Part shown: positions 27,169 to 40,410 of the stretch, piece by piece
How positions within the stretch are numbered: the first letter of the stretch is position 1
Layout: each line of letters opens with the position of its first letter
NCBI GenBank assembly: GCA_964016885.1
Contig: OZ024740.1
Span: forward strand, 25,234,001-25,298,000
Origin: Eledone cirrhosa
Lineage: Eukaryota
Direction of reading: 5' to 3'
Length of the DNA: 64,000 nucleotides
Notes under the pieces: generated by a model
The model's database searches: none
The model's input: only the letters and a program-made list of their open reading frames with translations
Told to the model about the DNA's origin: nothing
Program-made: the position numbers and the translations under genes

Positions 27169-27591
27169 TAAACGGAATAGAAAATGCTGACAAATTGTTC
27201 ATAGTTGAAAAATGGTTTAATTAGGCATAAAAGAGTATTAGTGATTGTATGGGTTAGTATTCAGTTGTGGTTTTAAGTTTTTAAGTTTTTACCGGTTGCG
27301 CATTTCTAAATGCTTTTCAAAAATAATTTTGAGATAGAGTGTCCGTGCTGTTTGCACAGATCAGAGCAAACAGCACGGACACTCTATCTCAAAATTATTT
27401 TTGAAAAGCATTTAGAAATGCGCAACCGGTAAAAACTTAAAAACTTAAAACCACAACTGAATACTAACCCATACAATCACTAATACTCTTTTATTCCTAA
27501 TTAAACCATTTTTCAACTGTGAACAATTTGTCAGCATTTTCTATTCCGTTTACCAATATATAATAACTTGTGTGTTACACCTCTATTCTTT

Positions 27592-27596
<5 letters not shown>
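27163..27596 (+). mobile_element. Near-perfect ~195 bp-arm palindrome with hammerhead-like motif and 3' extension
   Basis: Arms 27163-27355 and 27366-27560 with a 10-nt spacer. UUGAAAA GCAUU uaga AAUGC GCAA ccgg UA at 27401-27431. Flanked by (TA)n. Confidence 0.85.
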
Positions 27597-27633
<37 letters not shown>

Positions 27634-28442
27634 CTATAGAGTAAAGCATGTCCAGAGAATTATTTGATAATATATATACATCATTTCTACTCCCAATTAG
27701 CATAATTAACCACACAATAAATCAATTAGACAGGCTATAAGATATATATATATATATTCAATTGCTTTGCCAAATCTTTGATGAGAACTGGTCAGTTCAA
27801 GAATATATTTTCATATTTAGTCGCGGTCAGCCTATCAAAACACACGCATCATGTAGCAATTTTAGTCTCCTCTTTGTCCCCTCTTCGTTTCTATATCGTT
27901 ATTGAGAAGGTCAGAGTAAGTGTGAGGAAAGTGTTTTGACAAATTATTAACCGCACAGTTACTAAACTGGTGTGTCTGTCTTTATTGGTATCGTTATACA
28001 CAAGTCAGCCTTGATTTAGCAGACAGATAATTCAATGAGTTCCTGTGGTGATCATATTAGATTTCGGTTTTAAAGGCTAGGAGAAATATTTGATACTTAT
28101 ATGAGAAGAACTATTTAGGCATTCTCTATGGGATTGGGCCATTGCTAGACAACAAGAACAAGTTCTCTCTCTAATCGTATCCTTCAGATTTAAGCCAGGA
28201 CACATTGGAGGATCAGAAACGCTAATAGAAGCTGGATGGCCTAATCCATAGAACAAGGAGTTATCAACAAACATAACCGAACTCATAGCTATAAACAGGC
28301 ACACACTCACACACCATTAGTCTTAAACATATAAAAATGAGTACTGACTACCTTGTTTTCTATGCCTGCTTTTATTGTGTGTGTGCATGTACACACACAC
28401 GTGTATGTATGTGTATATATATGTAATTATATATATGTATGT

Positions 28443-29048
28443 CAGGTCACCAGTTGGTGCTACTGGTAACATGTATCCCAGTACAACCTGTCTCATGGTC
28501 GGGTCGTTGGCGACTAAACTGGCAACCCCACCAAGGTTTCTTGGTGAGGAGGGTGACTTTGGACATCCTGCAGGACTAAAAACAAAACCTGTCAAAGGGC
28601 AAAGGAGCTCTTAAGAGTCAATGGCCATCCAAAATCACCGGGAGAGATGACCCCTTAGCCTTTGTCAAGGCAGAATTCTAGGAGAAGGAAAACTCTGATA
28701 TAACACCTGCAACCCTGATGGTATCCAATGATGTTGACTTGTTCTTCTTTTTGGTAAATAGCATCTTGGTTAAGAGAGTGGGACTGGCTTTGTGCAGTGC
28801 CTTTGCTCACTATAAAAGCTTCACGGCACAGGCATTGCTTTATATCTGGAGATCTCTCTGCACTTGTCGTCACATGGTACCATGGGCCCAGCACTATGTG
28901 TCAATAATTGTCACAAGTGTAGTGTTTGTACCAGAGTTTTCAAGTCGCTGGCTGGACAAAAAAGTCACACTCGTTCAGCGCATCGGTAGGGGTTCTCCTA
29001 CATGGATATAAAGTAGTGGCCGTACTCGAAAACGAGTTGGCAGCCACC
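28443..29048 (+). mobile_element. 606-bp non-autonomous element, probably an internally deleted RTE-like LINE (copy 1)
   Basis: About 5 differences from 58858-59463. Encodes a terminal C2H2 finger CSVCTRVFKSLAGQKSHTRSAHR* at 28918-28989. Confidence 0.75.
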
Positions 29049-29218
29049 ATATATATATAACGAAGGAAGTGTGTTAAGGAACCAGGTGAACCATAACGCA
29101 CCAGAGTACTCGATACTTTGGGTAGTAGAGTGGGTAATAGGAAACTGTTCAAGACCCCGACGGCAGAGCTCAAGCCGTTTCGACGGCTTCAGCTCTGCCC
29201 TTTCGACAGCTTGAACAT

Positions 29219-29278
<60 letters not shown>

Positions 29279-29995
29279 TTATATACATATATATATGTGT
29301 GTGTGTATGTATATAGATATATTTGTATATATATATATTATATATGTGAGTGTGTGTGTCCGTTTCCGTGTGTGTGTGTCCAGAACTGACGTCATGTGTT
29401 CGGCCATGCTTGTCTGAGTGGCCAAGGTTTAGACATTTATTTAAGCGAAAATGAATGAAAACAAAATTACAAAGAACAACATAAAAATAAACAAAATAAA
29501 TACAACACTAGAAAAGTTTAAGTGTCGATCAATAATTACTTTTAGTCATTATCGATTATATTTTATTTACTTATTTATTTATATTTGAGTGATTGGTTTT
29601 CCCTAAAATTAATTATTGTTCTTTTTTATATTACATTATATATATTTATTTACTTTTTACTCAATCTAATCTTATTTTAGCGAAGTCAAATTTCCATTCT
29701 ACAACTGAAATCATTAAATTTCCTCTTCTTTTGTTTTCATATCTTTTGTTTGTTTTGTTCTTGAATTATATTTATTTATTTACTCTTCACTGGTCCATTT
29801 TCTAGTTCCAGGAAATCACTAAAACACCCACCCTGCCTAACATTTTGTTCTCTCACATCATTCTCTCTCTCCCTCACTGTGTCTCTCTGTCTCACTCTCT
29901 CGCTCTCTTTCGCTCTCTATCTCTTTCTCCCCCTCTCTCTCTGTCTCTGTCTCTCTCTCTCTATCTCTATCTATCTATCTATCTATCCATCTATG

Positions 29996-30034
<39 letters not shown>

Positions 30035-32350
30035 ATATCTATTTATGTCTCCCTATCTCTCTCTCTCTCATTATACACACACACACATATATATGCGAAT
30101 TTATGCTTAACTAGCCAACCTCACATACGAAGTTTGCATCGATTCTTCTCCAGTATATTTAAAGGGTTTAGTTGTGTCGAGGGGGAAATAATTATTGTTG
30201 TTTATGTATCATGTCTTTGTTTATGTTGTTCATCAGCGGCCCCTCTCTTTCTCTCTTTCTTTCCTTCTTTCTCTCTTTCTCTCTTTCATTATTTCTTTCT
30301 TTCTTTCTTTCTTTCTTTAAAAACTAAAGTGATTTTATTTTTATAATTAAATCTAGAATATTCTTAGAGATGGTTTGTAACGGACAGAAAGATAAAGTTA
30401 TTTTGTGATTTTCTCACTTCTTGTTTACTCTGACAATATTTTCATTGAGTTCCATTGTAAATACTTATGAAATCTGCATGTACATCCCTCATTTCCCATT
30501 ATTATATATTTTCTATTAACAATGAACTCATATAAATCTTAAACAAGCAAAATTTAAAACAAATATAGAAAGAACATTATAATATATTTGTTATAGGTTT
30601 TTTTACTCCCATTTCGGCTTACAACCAAGGACTGACGAACCTATGGCCAAATGGTGTAGCAAAATATGTCTGCTTTAACCGTGAGGTAGGTGTAGAAGAT
30701 CAGAGTTTTAGGATTGGGTTTAGGATCTCAGCCAGTAAATGCTTTGAAGCCCAGAGAATGAAAGGTGTTGCCCAGGAATGTTTGTGCTGCATTGTAAAGT
30801 TTCCCTCTGCGGTATAGTATACCAAGTGCTGGTGAGTGAAAAAGTATATAGGTTGAAATGAACGCAAGGTAGGCGATGGCCCCCCCAAAAAACATACACA
30901 TTATGACATTTACACACACAGAGAAACAGACAGACACACATACAGACAATAACTTGAGGGTACAAGAAATGGGTTAGCAAAATATATATCAAGAAGGAGT
31001 TGCCAGAAGTATATGTAGACTGAGGAAACAATGCAAATAAAAGAGAGATTAAAATCGTAAGCAGTGATTAGTATTATAAATTCATTATTTTTGTCACTGC
31101 CTTTCATCAAACATGACTTGGACTGACTTTAAACATACCTGGACCAAAACACAATACGTGTTAGAGCTATAGTCATAACACAAACATCAGTACTCAAGAG
31201 ACGAATACATAATTCTACGCAGTAACTCAACCTATTAAAAATAGTAGGCAAATCACCTTCAAATCCAACTACAATTTCATAAAAGCATAATTTACTTATA
31301 CAATGTTTGGCAATACTACCTATACAATGTGTGAAAAAAATGGTACGATGGTCTTAGCTAGTAAATTTGATCTGATGTTTGCTACGTTAGGGTGGATATG
31401 GAGCTTAATAAGGTATACTGCAACACTTGATAACATCAACTTGAGAACGATCGTATAATTCATAGTGAAACACTAAGAACAAACTAAACAAGGGCGTGCT
31501 TTCTTTTTAATTTAATTGTTTTTCTTCATATTAAGTATCAAACCAAAGGTGAATGTGTGGATGATATAACTTGAATTATAGATGATTAATGTTATTCGTT
31601 CTCTAACAGCTATGGGCTTTTCCAATCTGAAATACCTGCTCAAAGTATGTTCAACTTGACTAAATGTTGCTGCTTGATCTTAGACCAACTGTGTCCAAAC
31701 AGACCTATAGTGAAAATTATTCGAAATGAGATAATTCCATTGTATTGTATATCGTTGACTATATTGTACAATGCATCCATTTGAAATTAATACAGTAGCT
31801 ATACGATTTATGAGGAATGTAACTGCTGTTTCTATCAGAATAAACATTCTTTTAGGAATCACTCATATTTTAAACAGAATAAACGATATTGTAGGAATTA
31901 TCAGGTTACAGCCAGCTGTGTTACCTTGTCAAAACTAAATTCAACAGAATTCAATGAAGGTTTATTTTGCTGGCGCTAAATTCCTGTCAGAATTAATTAA
32001 AAAGTAAAAAAAATCAGACAATAGAGTAAAATTCTATCGTGAGAATTCCTGCACAGCATTCAAGTGGTGTGGAAGGTTATAGTAATATTTTCTTTTACAA
32101 TAGAGTTAGAAGTTGACGAAACCATCTAATATTAATTTTTCAATATTTACAAGATTTGGCAGAATCGTTAGAGACTCGGATAGATTCCTTTGCCATATTT
32201 CTTCTGGTACTCATTGTTTTGTGTACAAATTCTGCGGCGGTTCACTTTTCATATATTTTTGTAAATGATAAGAAAAGCTACAGGCTAGTGTTGGTGCAGC
32301 AATCATTCAATCTGTCTGTATGTCTGGCAGTATTTCTCTCTCTCCGTCCC

Positions 32351-32456
<106 letters not shown>

Positions 32457-32504
32457 CCCTCTATGTCTCCCCCTCTCTCTCTCTCTATATTCAGCTACGA
32501 CATA

Positions 32505-32760
32505 ATGGTGAAAGAAAGTGTAGAGGGAAGTGCTACCTTCCAATTAGTTTATTCAAAGATAAGTGTGAGTGGCAATAATGGCCCGATTGAATGGGCCTGC
32601 CTTGAGTAAACACCTGTATAATTGAGGAGGGCAACTGGGAGAGGGCTCTTGCTACAGGGGGTCTGTGGCTTTCTGTGAGATTTCTCGATGAGTGAACCCC
32701 GGCAATTTCCCCATATTGGGGCTTTTGTGTGATTTTTTTTAATGTTTATTTACAAATATT
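32505..32760 (+). mobile_element. Old Tx1 3'-end fragment
   Basis: Aligns by eye to 8320-8560 (GAGGGAAGTGCT, AATGGCCCGA.TGAATGGGCCT, AACTGGGAGAGGGC). Confidence 0.75.
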
Positions 32761-32850
32761 TTTGTAATATTTCTACGTACAAAATCCCACATTGTCTCCT
32801 CCTGAAACGTCTTTATTGTTTTCTGAATGTCAGACCTGCAAAAAACCAAT

Positions 32851-33062
32851 TGGCAGTATCGGTACGGCGCCGGACAATATACTTTGCAGCACAGAATTAC
32901 GTCCCTTTACTTTTCAAGTTCAAATCCTACCGAGTTTATCTTTGACTTTCATCCTTACTGGGTCGATAGAATAAAGCACCAGTAATGCACGGAGTTCGAT
33001 TTAATTGACCATCTAGTTCCCTTTAAATTGCTGGCCTTGTGTCTATAGTAGAAACAATTATA
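32851..33062 (+). mobile_element. SINE (tRNA-like head, conserved central domain)
   Basis: GGCAGTATCGGTA head, B-box-like GTTCAAATCC, central CTTTCATCCTTAC.GGGTCGATA.AATAAAG.ACCAGT, tail TAGAAACAATTA. Four copies in the window. Confidence 0.8.
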
Positions 33063-33078
33063 ATTATTATAAGTAGAT

Positions 33079-33260
33079 TGGCAGTATCGGTAGAGGGTCG
33101 GACGCCATGCTTTGACGCATAGAGTTACAGCCCTTGCCATTCTGAGTTCAAATCCCGCCGAGGTTAACTTTGCCTTTCATCCTTACTGGGACGATAAAAT
33201 AAAGTACCAGTATTGTACTGGGTAATTGCTGGCCTTGTGTCAAAAGTAGAAACAATTATT
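33079..33260 (+). mobile_element. SINE, same family, tandem neighbour
   Basis: GAGTTCAAATCCCGCCGAGGTTAACTTTGCCTTTCATCC. Confidence 0.8.
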
Positions 33261-34643
33261 AGTTGAAATACGTATAGTTTATGCTAAACATTTTAAAACA
33301 TGTGGTTATTGTTTTGGGAAAGAAGTTACAAAGCAAGTTAGAATTCCAAGAGCTAACATGAGAATGGTGTAATGTAAGAAAAACACATGGACTGATTAAA
33401 CTTTTACCTTTTATTTCATGATATTTCGGGTGTCGATATTAGGTAGGAATGCTGGTAACTTACACAGACTGGTGTTGACAAATCGTTCCTGTTGTTTATG
33501 AAAGGTTTCACACAAATTCCTGCTGTTCCGTTCGATGGCCCAGTTAGTAAACTTGATATAGTGAGTGAGGCATGATGGTAGGTGTATAGTAATGATATTA
33601 CTTAAATGGAAGAAATGGATAGCTTATAATAACCAAAAAAGAAAACATTAAGAATTTGGAAGCAAGATTTGATGTGTGGTTAAGGAGTTGGGTTCCCAAT
33701 TATGAGATTTCAGATTGAAATCCCAGTTTATATATCAGTTGATGAAAGGAATGAATGCTCATCGTTAAAACCGACAAAGGATCCTTCATTAACGATTTCG
33801 TTATCACACAAGGAAACAAATATTAGTTCTAATCATTAAATATTTACAACTACAAACGCGGTTGTTGGAATAATAATAATATATGTTGTTGTAATAATAA
33901 TTATACTACTACAAGAGGATGTAATGATAATAATATTAATAATAACAAAGCTATTTAACATTACAATAATCAGGCTTACCATCCTCATCATCATACTCAA
34001 CTATATTATTTTTATTATTATGCTTAGTATTATTATTAATGGGATATTTGTTGTTGTTATTATTATTATTACCACCATCATTATTATTATTAATTTTATG
34101 ATTATCATTATTAAAGTAATTAATTAACAAAGACCATTCAAATATACAATAGAACATATATGAACAAAAAAAAACAAACAAAAGAGAACTGAATCAAAAT
34201 GGCCGACATTTTCCCAGTCTTTTCTATTTTTTTTGTTTTTATTTTCTTTTTTGCATTGTCTTTATTTTTCTGTTTTTTTTTTGTTTTTTTTTAACTTTTT
34301 ATTATGTTTTTGTCTTTAGCTGTAACATTAGGTTTTAAATGTTGGACTAATGGAATCAACGTTCCCTTTTAAATGAAATAATGATCATATTTAATATTGC
34401 TTTCTGGAAGACCTTAGCTCTTTGTTCTTTCGACCATCGCAGAGATCACGCAGAATGTTTAAGAATAGCTGAAACAATGTTTAAATATAGCCGCCATTGT
34501 AATATTTCCTGCAGCTTCCCACTTCTCCTTCACACCTTCCACCCGTTTATCACTCACATTCTCCCACCCGCTCTCTCTCTATCTATCTATCTATCTGTCT
34601 GTTTCTTCAATCTCTCTCTATTTCTCTCCATCTCTCTATCTCT

Positions 34644-34720
<77 letters not shown>

Positions 34721-34779
34721 TATCTATTTAACTATCTCTCTCTCTATCTATCTATCGCTCCGTCTCTCTATGTACACCC

Positions 34780-35370
34780 CTCTCTCTGTAATCCTCTCTC
34801 TCTGTAAACCTCTCTCTCTCAGTTACCCTCTCTCCCAGTATCTCTCTCTCTCCACATCTATCCTACTCTCTCTCTCTCAGTAACTCTCTCTCTCTCCACA
34901 TCTATCCTACACTCTCTCTCTCAGTATCTCTCTCTCTATCCACATCTATCCTACTCTCTCTCTCTCAGTATCTCTCTCTCTCCACATCTATCCTACACTC
35001 TCTCTCTCAGTATCTCTCTCTCTCTCTCCACATATAACCTTCTCTCTCTCTCTCTCAGTATCTCTCTCTCTCTCCACATCTATCCTACTCTCTCTCTCTC
35101 TCAGTATCTCTCTCTCTCCACATCTATCCTACTCTCTCTCTCTGTAACACTTTCTCTCAGTAACTCTCTCTCTCTCTCCACATATATCATACTCTCTCTC
35201 TCTCAGTAACCCTCTCTCTCAGTATCTCTCTCTATCCAAATCTATCCTACTCTCTCTCTCTCTCAGTATCTCTCTCTCTCCACATCTAACCTACCCTCTC
35301 TCTCTCACAGTATCCCTCTCTCTCCACATCTATCCTACTCTCTCTCTCCACATCTATCCTACACTCTCTC
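34780..35370. repeat. Irregular CT-rich minisatellite (~35-45 bp unit)
   Basis: Repeated (CT)n-CAGTA-(TC)n-CACATCTATCCTA. Confidence 0.85.
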
Positions 35371-35436
35371 AATATTGTTGTTGTTCACCATTTTGTCCAG
35401 TGTAGATCTCTGTAACGTCTGTGACAGGGTTGCTGA

Positions 35437-37840
35437 CTCTCTAAAGATAACAACGTCTCTAACGATAACAACGTCTCTAACGATAACAACGTCTCTAACG
35501 ATAACAACGTCTCTAAAGATAACAACGTCTCTGACGATAAAAACGTCTCTAAATGATAACAACGTCTCTATCGATAACAACGTCTCTATCGATAACAACG
35601 TCTCTAACGATAACAACGTCTCTAACGATAACAACGTCTCTATCGATAACAACGTCTCTAAACGATAACAACGTATCTATCGATAACAACGTCTCTAAAC
35701 GATAGCAACGTCTCTAACGATAACAACGTCTCTAACGATAACAACGTCTCTAAAGATAACAACGTCTCTAACGATAACAACGTATCTAACGATAACAACG
35801 TCTCTAAAGATAACAGGGTCTCTAACGATAACAACGTCTCTAACGATAACAACGTCTCTAACGATAACAACGTCTCTAAAGATAACAACGTCTCTAACGA
35901 TAACAACGTATCTAACGATAACAACGTCTCTAAAGATAACAGGGTCTCTAACGATAACAACGTCTCTAACGATAACAACGTCTCTAAAGATAACAACGTC
36001 TCTGACGATAAAAACGTCTCTAAATGATAACAACGTCTCTATCGATAACAACGTCTCTATCGATAACAACGTCTCTAACGATAATAACGTCTCTAACGAT
36101 AACAACGTCTCTATCGATAACAACGTCTCTAAACGATAACAACGTATCTATCGATAACAACGTCTCTAACGATAACAACGTCTCTACTGATAACAACGTC
36201 TCTAACGATAACAACGTCTCTAAACGATAACAAGGTCTCTAACAATAATAACGTCTCTAACGATAACAACGTCTCTAAAGATAACAACGTCTCTAACGAT
36301 AACAACGTCTCTAACGATAACAACGTCTCTAACGATAACAACGTCTCTAAAGATAACAACGTCTCTAAAGATAACAACGTCTCTAAACGATAACCACGTC
36401 TCTATCGATAACAACGTCTCTAACGATAACAACGTCTCTAACGATAACAACGTCTCTAAAGATAACAACGTCTCTAACGATAACAACGTCTCTATCGATA
36501 CCAACGTCTCTAACGATAACAACGTCTCAAAAGATAACAACGTCTCTAACGATAACGACGTCTCTAACGATAACAACGTCTCTACTGATAACAACGTCTC
36601 TAACGATAACAACGTCTTTAAAGAAAACAACGTATCTAACGATAACAACGTCTCTAACGATAACAACGTCTCTAACGATAACAACGTCTCTAAAGATAAC
36701 AACGTCTCTGACGATAACAACGTCTCTAAACGATAACTACGTCTCTATCGATAACAACGTCTCTAATGATAACAACATCTCTAACGATAACAAACTCTCT
36801 AAAGATAACAACGTCTCTAACGATAACAACGTCTCTATCGATAACAACGTCTCTAACGATAACAACGTCTCAAAAGATAACGTCTCTAACGGTAACGACG
36901 TCTCTAACGATAACAACGTCTCTAACGATAACAACGTCTCTACTGATAACAATGTCTCTAACGATAACAACGTCTTTAAAGAAAACAACATCTCTAGACG
37001 ATAACAACGTCTCTAACGATAATAACATCTCTACTGATAACAACGTCTCTAGCGATAACAACGTCTCTAACGATAACAACGTCTCTAACGATAATAACAT
37101 CTCTACTGATAACAACGTCTCTAACGATAACAACGTCTCTAACGATAACAACGTCTCTAACGATAATAACATCTCTACTGATAACAACGTCTCTAACGAT
37201 AACAACGTCTCTAACGATAACAACGTCTCAAAAGATAACGTCTCTAACGGTAACGACGTCTCTAACGATAACAACGTCTCTAACGATAACAACGTCTCTA
37301 CTGATAACAATGTCTCTAACGATAACAACGTCTTTAAAGAAAACAACGTCTCTAACGATAACAACGTCTCTAACGATAACAACGTCTCTACTGATAACAA
37401 CGTCTTTAACGATAACAACGTCTCTAAACGATAACAACGTCTCTAATGATAACAACGTCTCTAGACGATAACAACGTCTCTAACGATAATAACATCTCTA
37501 CTGATAACAACGTCTCTAACGATAACAACGTCTCTAACAATAACAACGTCTCTAACGATAATAACATCTCTACTGATAACAACGTCTCTAACGATAACAA
37601 CGTCTCTAACGATAACAACGTCTCTAACGATAATAACATCTCTACTGATAACAACGTCTCTAACGATAACAACGTCTCTAACGATAACAACGTCTCTAAA
37701 CGATAACAACGTCTCTAACGATAACAACGTCTCTAACGATAACAACGTCTCTAAAGATAACAACGTCTCTAACGATAACAACGTCTCTAACGATAACAAC
37801 GTCTCTAACGATAACAACGTCTCTAACGATAACAACGTCT
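35437..37840. repeat. 18-bp minisatellite, ~130 copies of AACGATAACAACGTCTCT
   Basis: Head-to-tail units with recurrent variants and higher-order blocks. Confidence 0.97.
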
Positions 37841-37854
37841 AATATACCTTTTGG

Positions 37855-39530
37855 TTCTGTTGGTGATGGTGGTGGTGGTGATGGTGTTTGTAGTGTTGTT
37901 GTGTTTGCTGTTGGTGTTGGTGGTGTTGGTGGTGTTGTTGTTGGCGGTGTTGTTGTTGGTGGTGATGGTGGTGATGATGGTGGTGATTGAAAGGTGGTGG
38001 TGGTGATGGTGTCGGTGGTGTTGTTGTTGCTGGTGTTGGTGGTGTTGTTGTTAGTGGTGATGGAGGTGGTGGTGATGGTGGGTTGTGATGGTGGTGGTGG
38101 TGTTGGTGGTGCTGTTGTTGGTGATGTTGTTGTTGGTGGTGATGGTAATGGTGGTGATGCTGGTGGTGATGGTGGTGGTTTTGGTGGTGGTGGTGTTGTT
38201 GGTGGTGTTGTTGTTGGTCGTTATGGTGGTTGCGTTGATGGTGGTGGTGATGGTGATGTTGTTGTTGGTGGTGTTGTTTTTGGTGGTGTTGTTGTTGGTG
38301 GTGATGGTGGTGTTGATGGTAGTGGTGATGGTGGTGGTGGTGTTGGTGGTGTTGTTGTTGTTGGTGTTGGTGTTGGTGGTGCTTGTGGTGATGGTGATGG
38401 TGGTGCTGGTGGTGCTGGTGGTGCAGTGTTTGTTGGTAGTGTTGGTGTTGGTGGTGTTTGTGGTGATGGTGGTGGTCGTGGTGATGGTGGTGGTGGTGGT
38501 GCTGGTGGTGCAGTTTTTGTTGGTAGTGTTGGTGTTGGAGGTGTTTGTGGTGATGGTGATCGTGGTGGTGATCGTGGTGTTGGTGTTGTTGTTGTTGTTG
38601 ATGATGGTGGTGATGGTGATCGTGTAGTTGTTGTTGTTGTTGAGGCTGGTGGTGGTGGGGGTGATGATGGTGTATTGTTGATGATGGTGGTGTGTTTGTT
38701 GGTGGTGGTGGTGTTGGTGGTGTTTGTGGTGATGGCGGTGGTGGTGGTGATGGTGGTGATGGTGGTGGTGGTGATGATGATGGTGGTGGTGGTGGTGGTG
38801 TAGTTGTTGTTGTTGTTGATGGTGGTGGTGATGGTGGTGTTGGTGGTGGTAGTGTAGTTGTTGATGCTGGTGGTGTTGATGATGGTGGTGGTGGTGGTGG
38901 TGTAGTTGTTGTTGATGGTGGTGGTGCTGGTGATGGTGGTGGTGGTGTAGTTGTTGTTGATGTTGGTGTTGGTGATGTTGATGGTGCTGGTGATGGTGGT
39001 GTTGATGGTGTAGTTGTTGTTGATGCTGGTGGTGATGGCGTAGTGTTGTTGTTGTTGGTGGTGGTGGTGGTGTTGCTGTTGGCATTGTTGTTGTTGGTGG
39101 TGGTACAGATGGTAGTTGTAGCATTGTTTTTGTTGTTGTTGCTGTTAGTGCTGTTGGTATTGTTGTTGGTGGAGGTGATGGTGGTACAGATGGTACTTAT
39201 AGCGTTGTTATTGTTGTAGATGTAGTTCGTGGCGGTGGCGGTGGCGGTGGTTGTTGCAATTGTGTTGTTGTTGAAGGTGGTGGTAGAGATGGTGCTTTTA
39301 GTGTTGTTCTTGATGTTGTTGAAGCTAATGACAGATATAGTACTTGTTGCACTGTTACTGTTGTAGTTGTGTTGTAGTTGTTGTTGTTGGTGGTGGTGGT
39401 GGTGGAGGTGGTGGTGGTTGTAGTGGTGGTGGTGTTGGTTATAGTTGCAGGTGTGTTGTTGTTGTTGTTGCTGTTGTTGTTGTTGTTGTTGGTGGTGGTG
39501 TTAGTTGCGTTGTTGTTGTTTTTGTTGTTG
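37855..39530. repeat. Degenerate GGT/GTT/GAT trinucleotide low-complexity tract
   Basis: ~1.7 kb GT-rich triplet mosaic. Confidence 0.92.
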
Positions 39531-39561
39531 TTATATATGTATATCTATATATAAATATATG

Positions 39562-39642
<81 letters not shown>

Positions 39643-40028
39643 GTGTCTGTGAATGTCCGTGCGTGTGTGTGTGTATCCATATATACTTTTACTGGTATCA
39701 GTCATTAGAGTGTGGGAATGCACCACATACTAGTGATTTTACAATTAAAATGGTGTGCAATGGAGTTGAAAGAAACAATTCATAAATTGCAATTTCATTT
39801 CCCTCCCCGAAGCTGATAGATATGGGCTTTAATTAACAAAAAGTATTTTAAAAGACAAGTAAAAAAGTAAAATCAAATGCTCTATTTATTATGACCCAAT
39901 ATGTACAGAAATGAATAGCATCCATCTTAATGAATCGAAATTGTTGTGAATTCCTGAGGCTGACGGTCCGTTTTCCCCTTATTTTTCCATTGACTTTTTC
40001 CTGTGCCCCCCCCCCCCCACCCCCCTAT

Positions 40029-40077
<49 letters not shown>

Positions 40078-40092
40078 TATATATATATTATA

Positions 40093-40268
40093 TCAGTATC
40101 GGTAGAGGGTCTGACGCCATGCTTTCCAGCATAGTCACGTCCCTTTACGGTCTGAGTCCAAATCCCGTCGACGTTAACTTTGCCTTTCATCCTTACAGGG
40201 TCGATAAAATAAAGTACCAGTAATGTACTTAAATTGCTGGCCTTGTGCCAAAAACGTAGAAACAATTA
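40093..40268 (+). mobile_element. SINE, same family as 33079
   Basis: Shares head, central domain and tail. Confidence 0.8.
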
Positions 40269-40342
40269 TATATATATAATATATATATATAGATCCTGCC
40301 TTGAGCTGATCGTCGGAGAAACATACACACACACATTATTAT

Positions 40343-40410
<68 letters not shown>

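Noticed and set aside
28480-28560. Canonical twister or HDV-like ribozyme
   Set aside because: GAGGAGGG and CUAA are suggestive, but I could not place twister L1/L4 or HDV P3/L3. Kept only as an unclassified candidate.
30640-30670. Astacin protease (LWPNGV..Y)
   Set aside because: Only a short motif matches; the downstream sequence shows no astacin features.
35437-37840. CRISPR array
   Set aside because: Contiguous 18-bp units with no unique spacers, no cas genes, and a eukaryotic context.
37994-39219. His/Thr-rich or Gly/Val-rich protein
   Set aside because: The triplet tract is open in most frames, which is expected of low-complexity DNA. I saw no gene structure.
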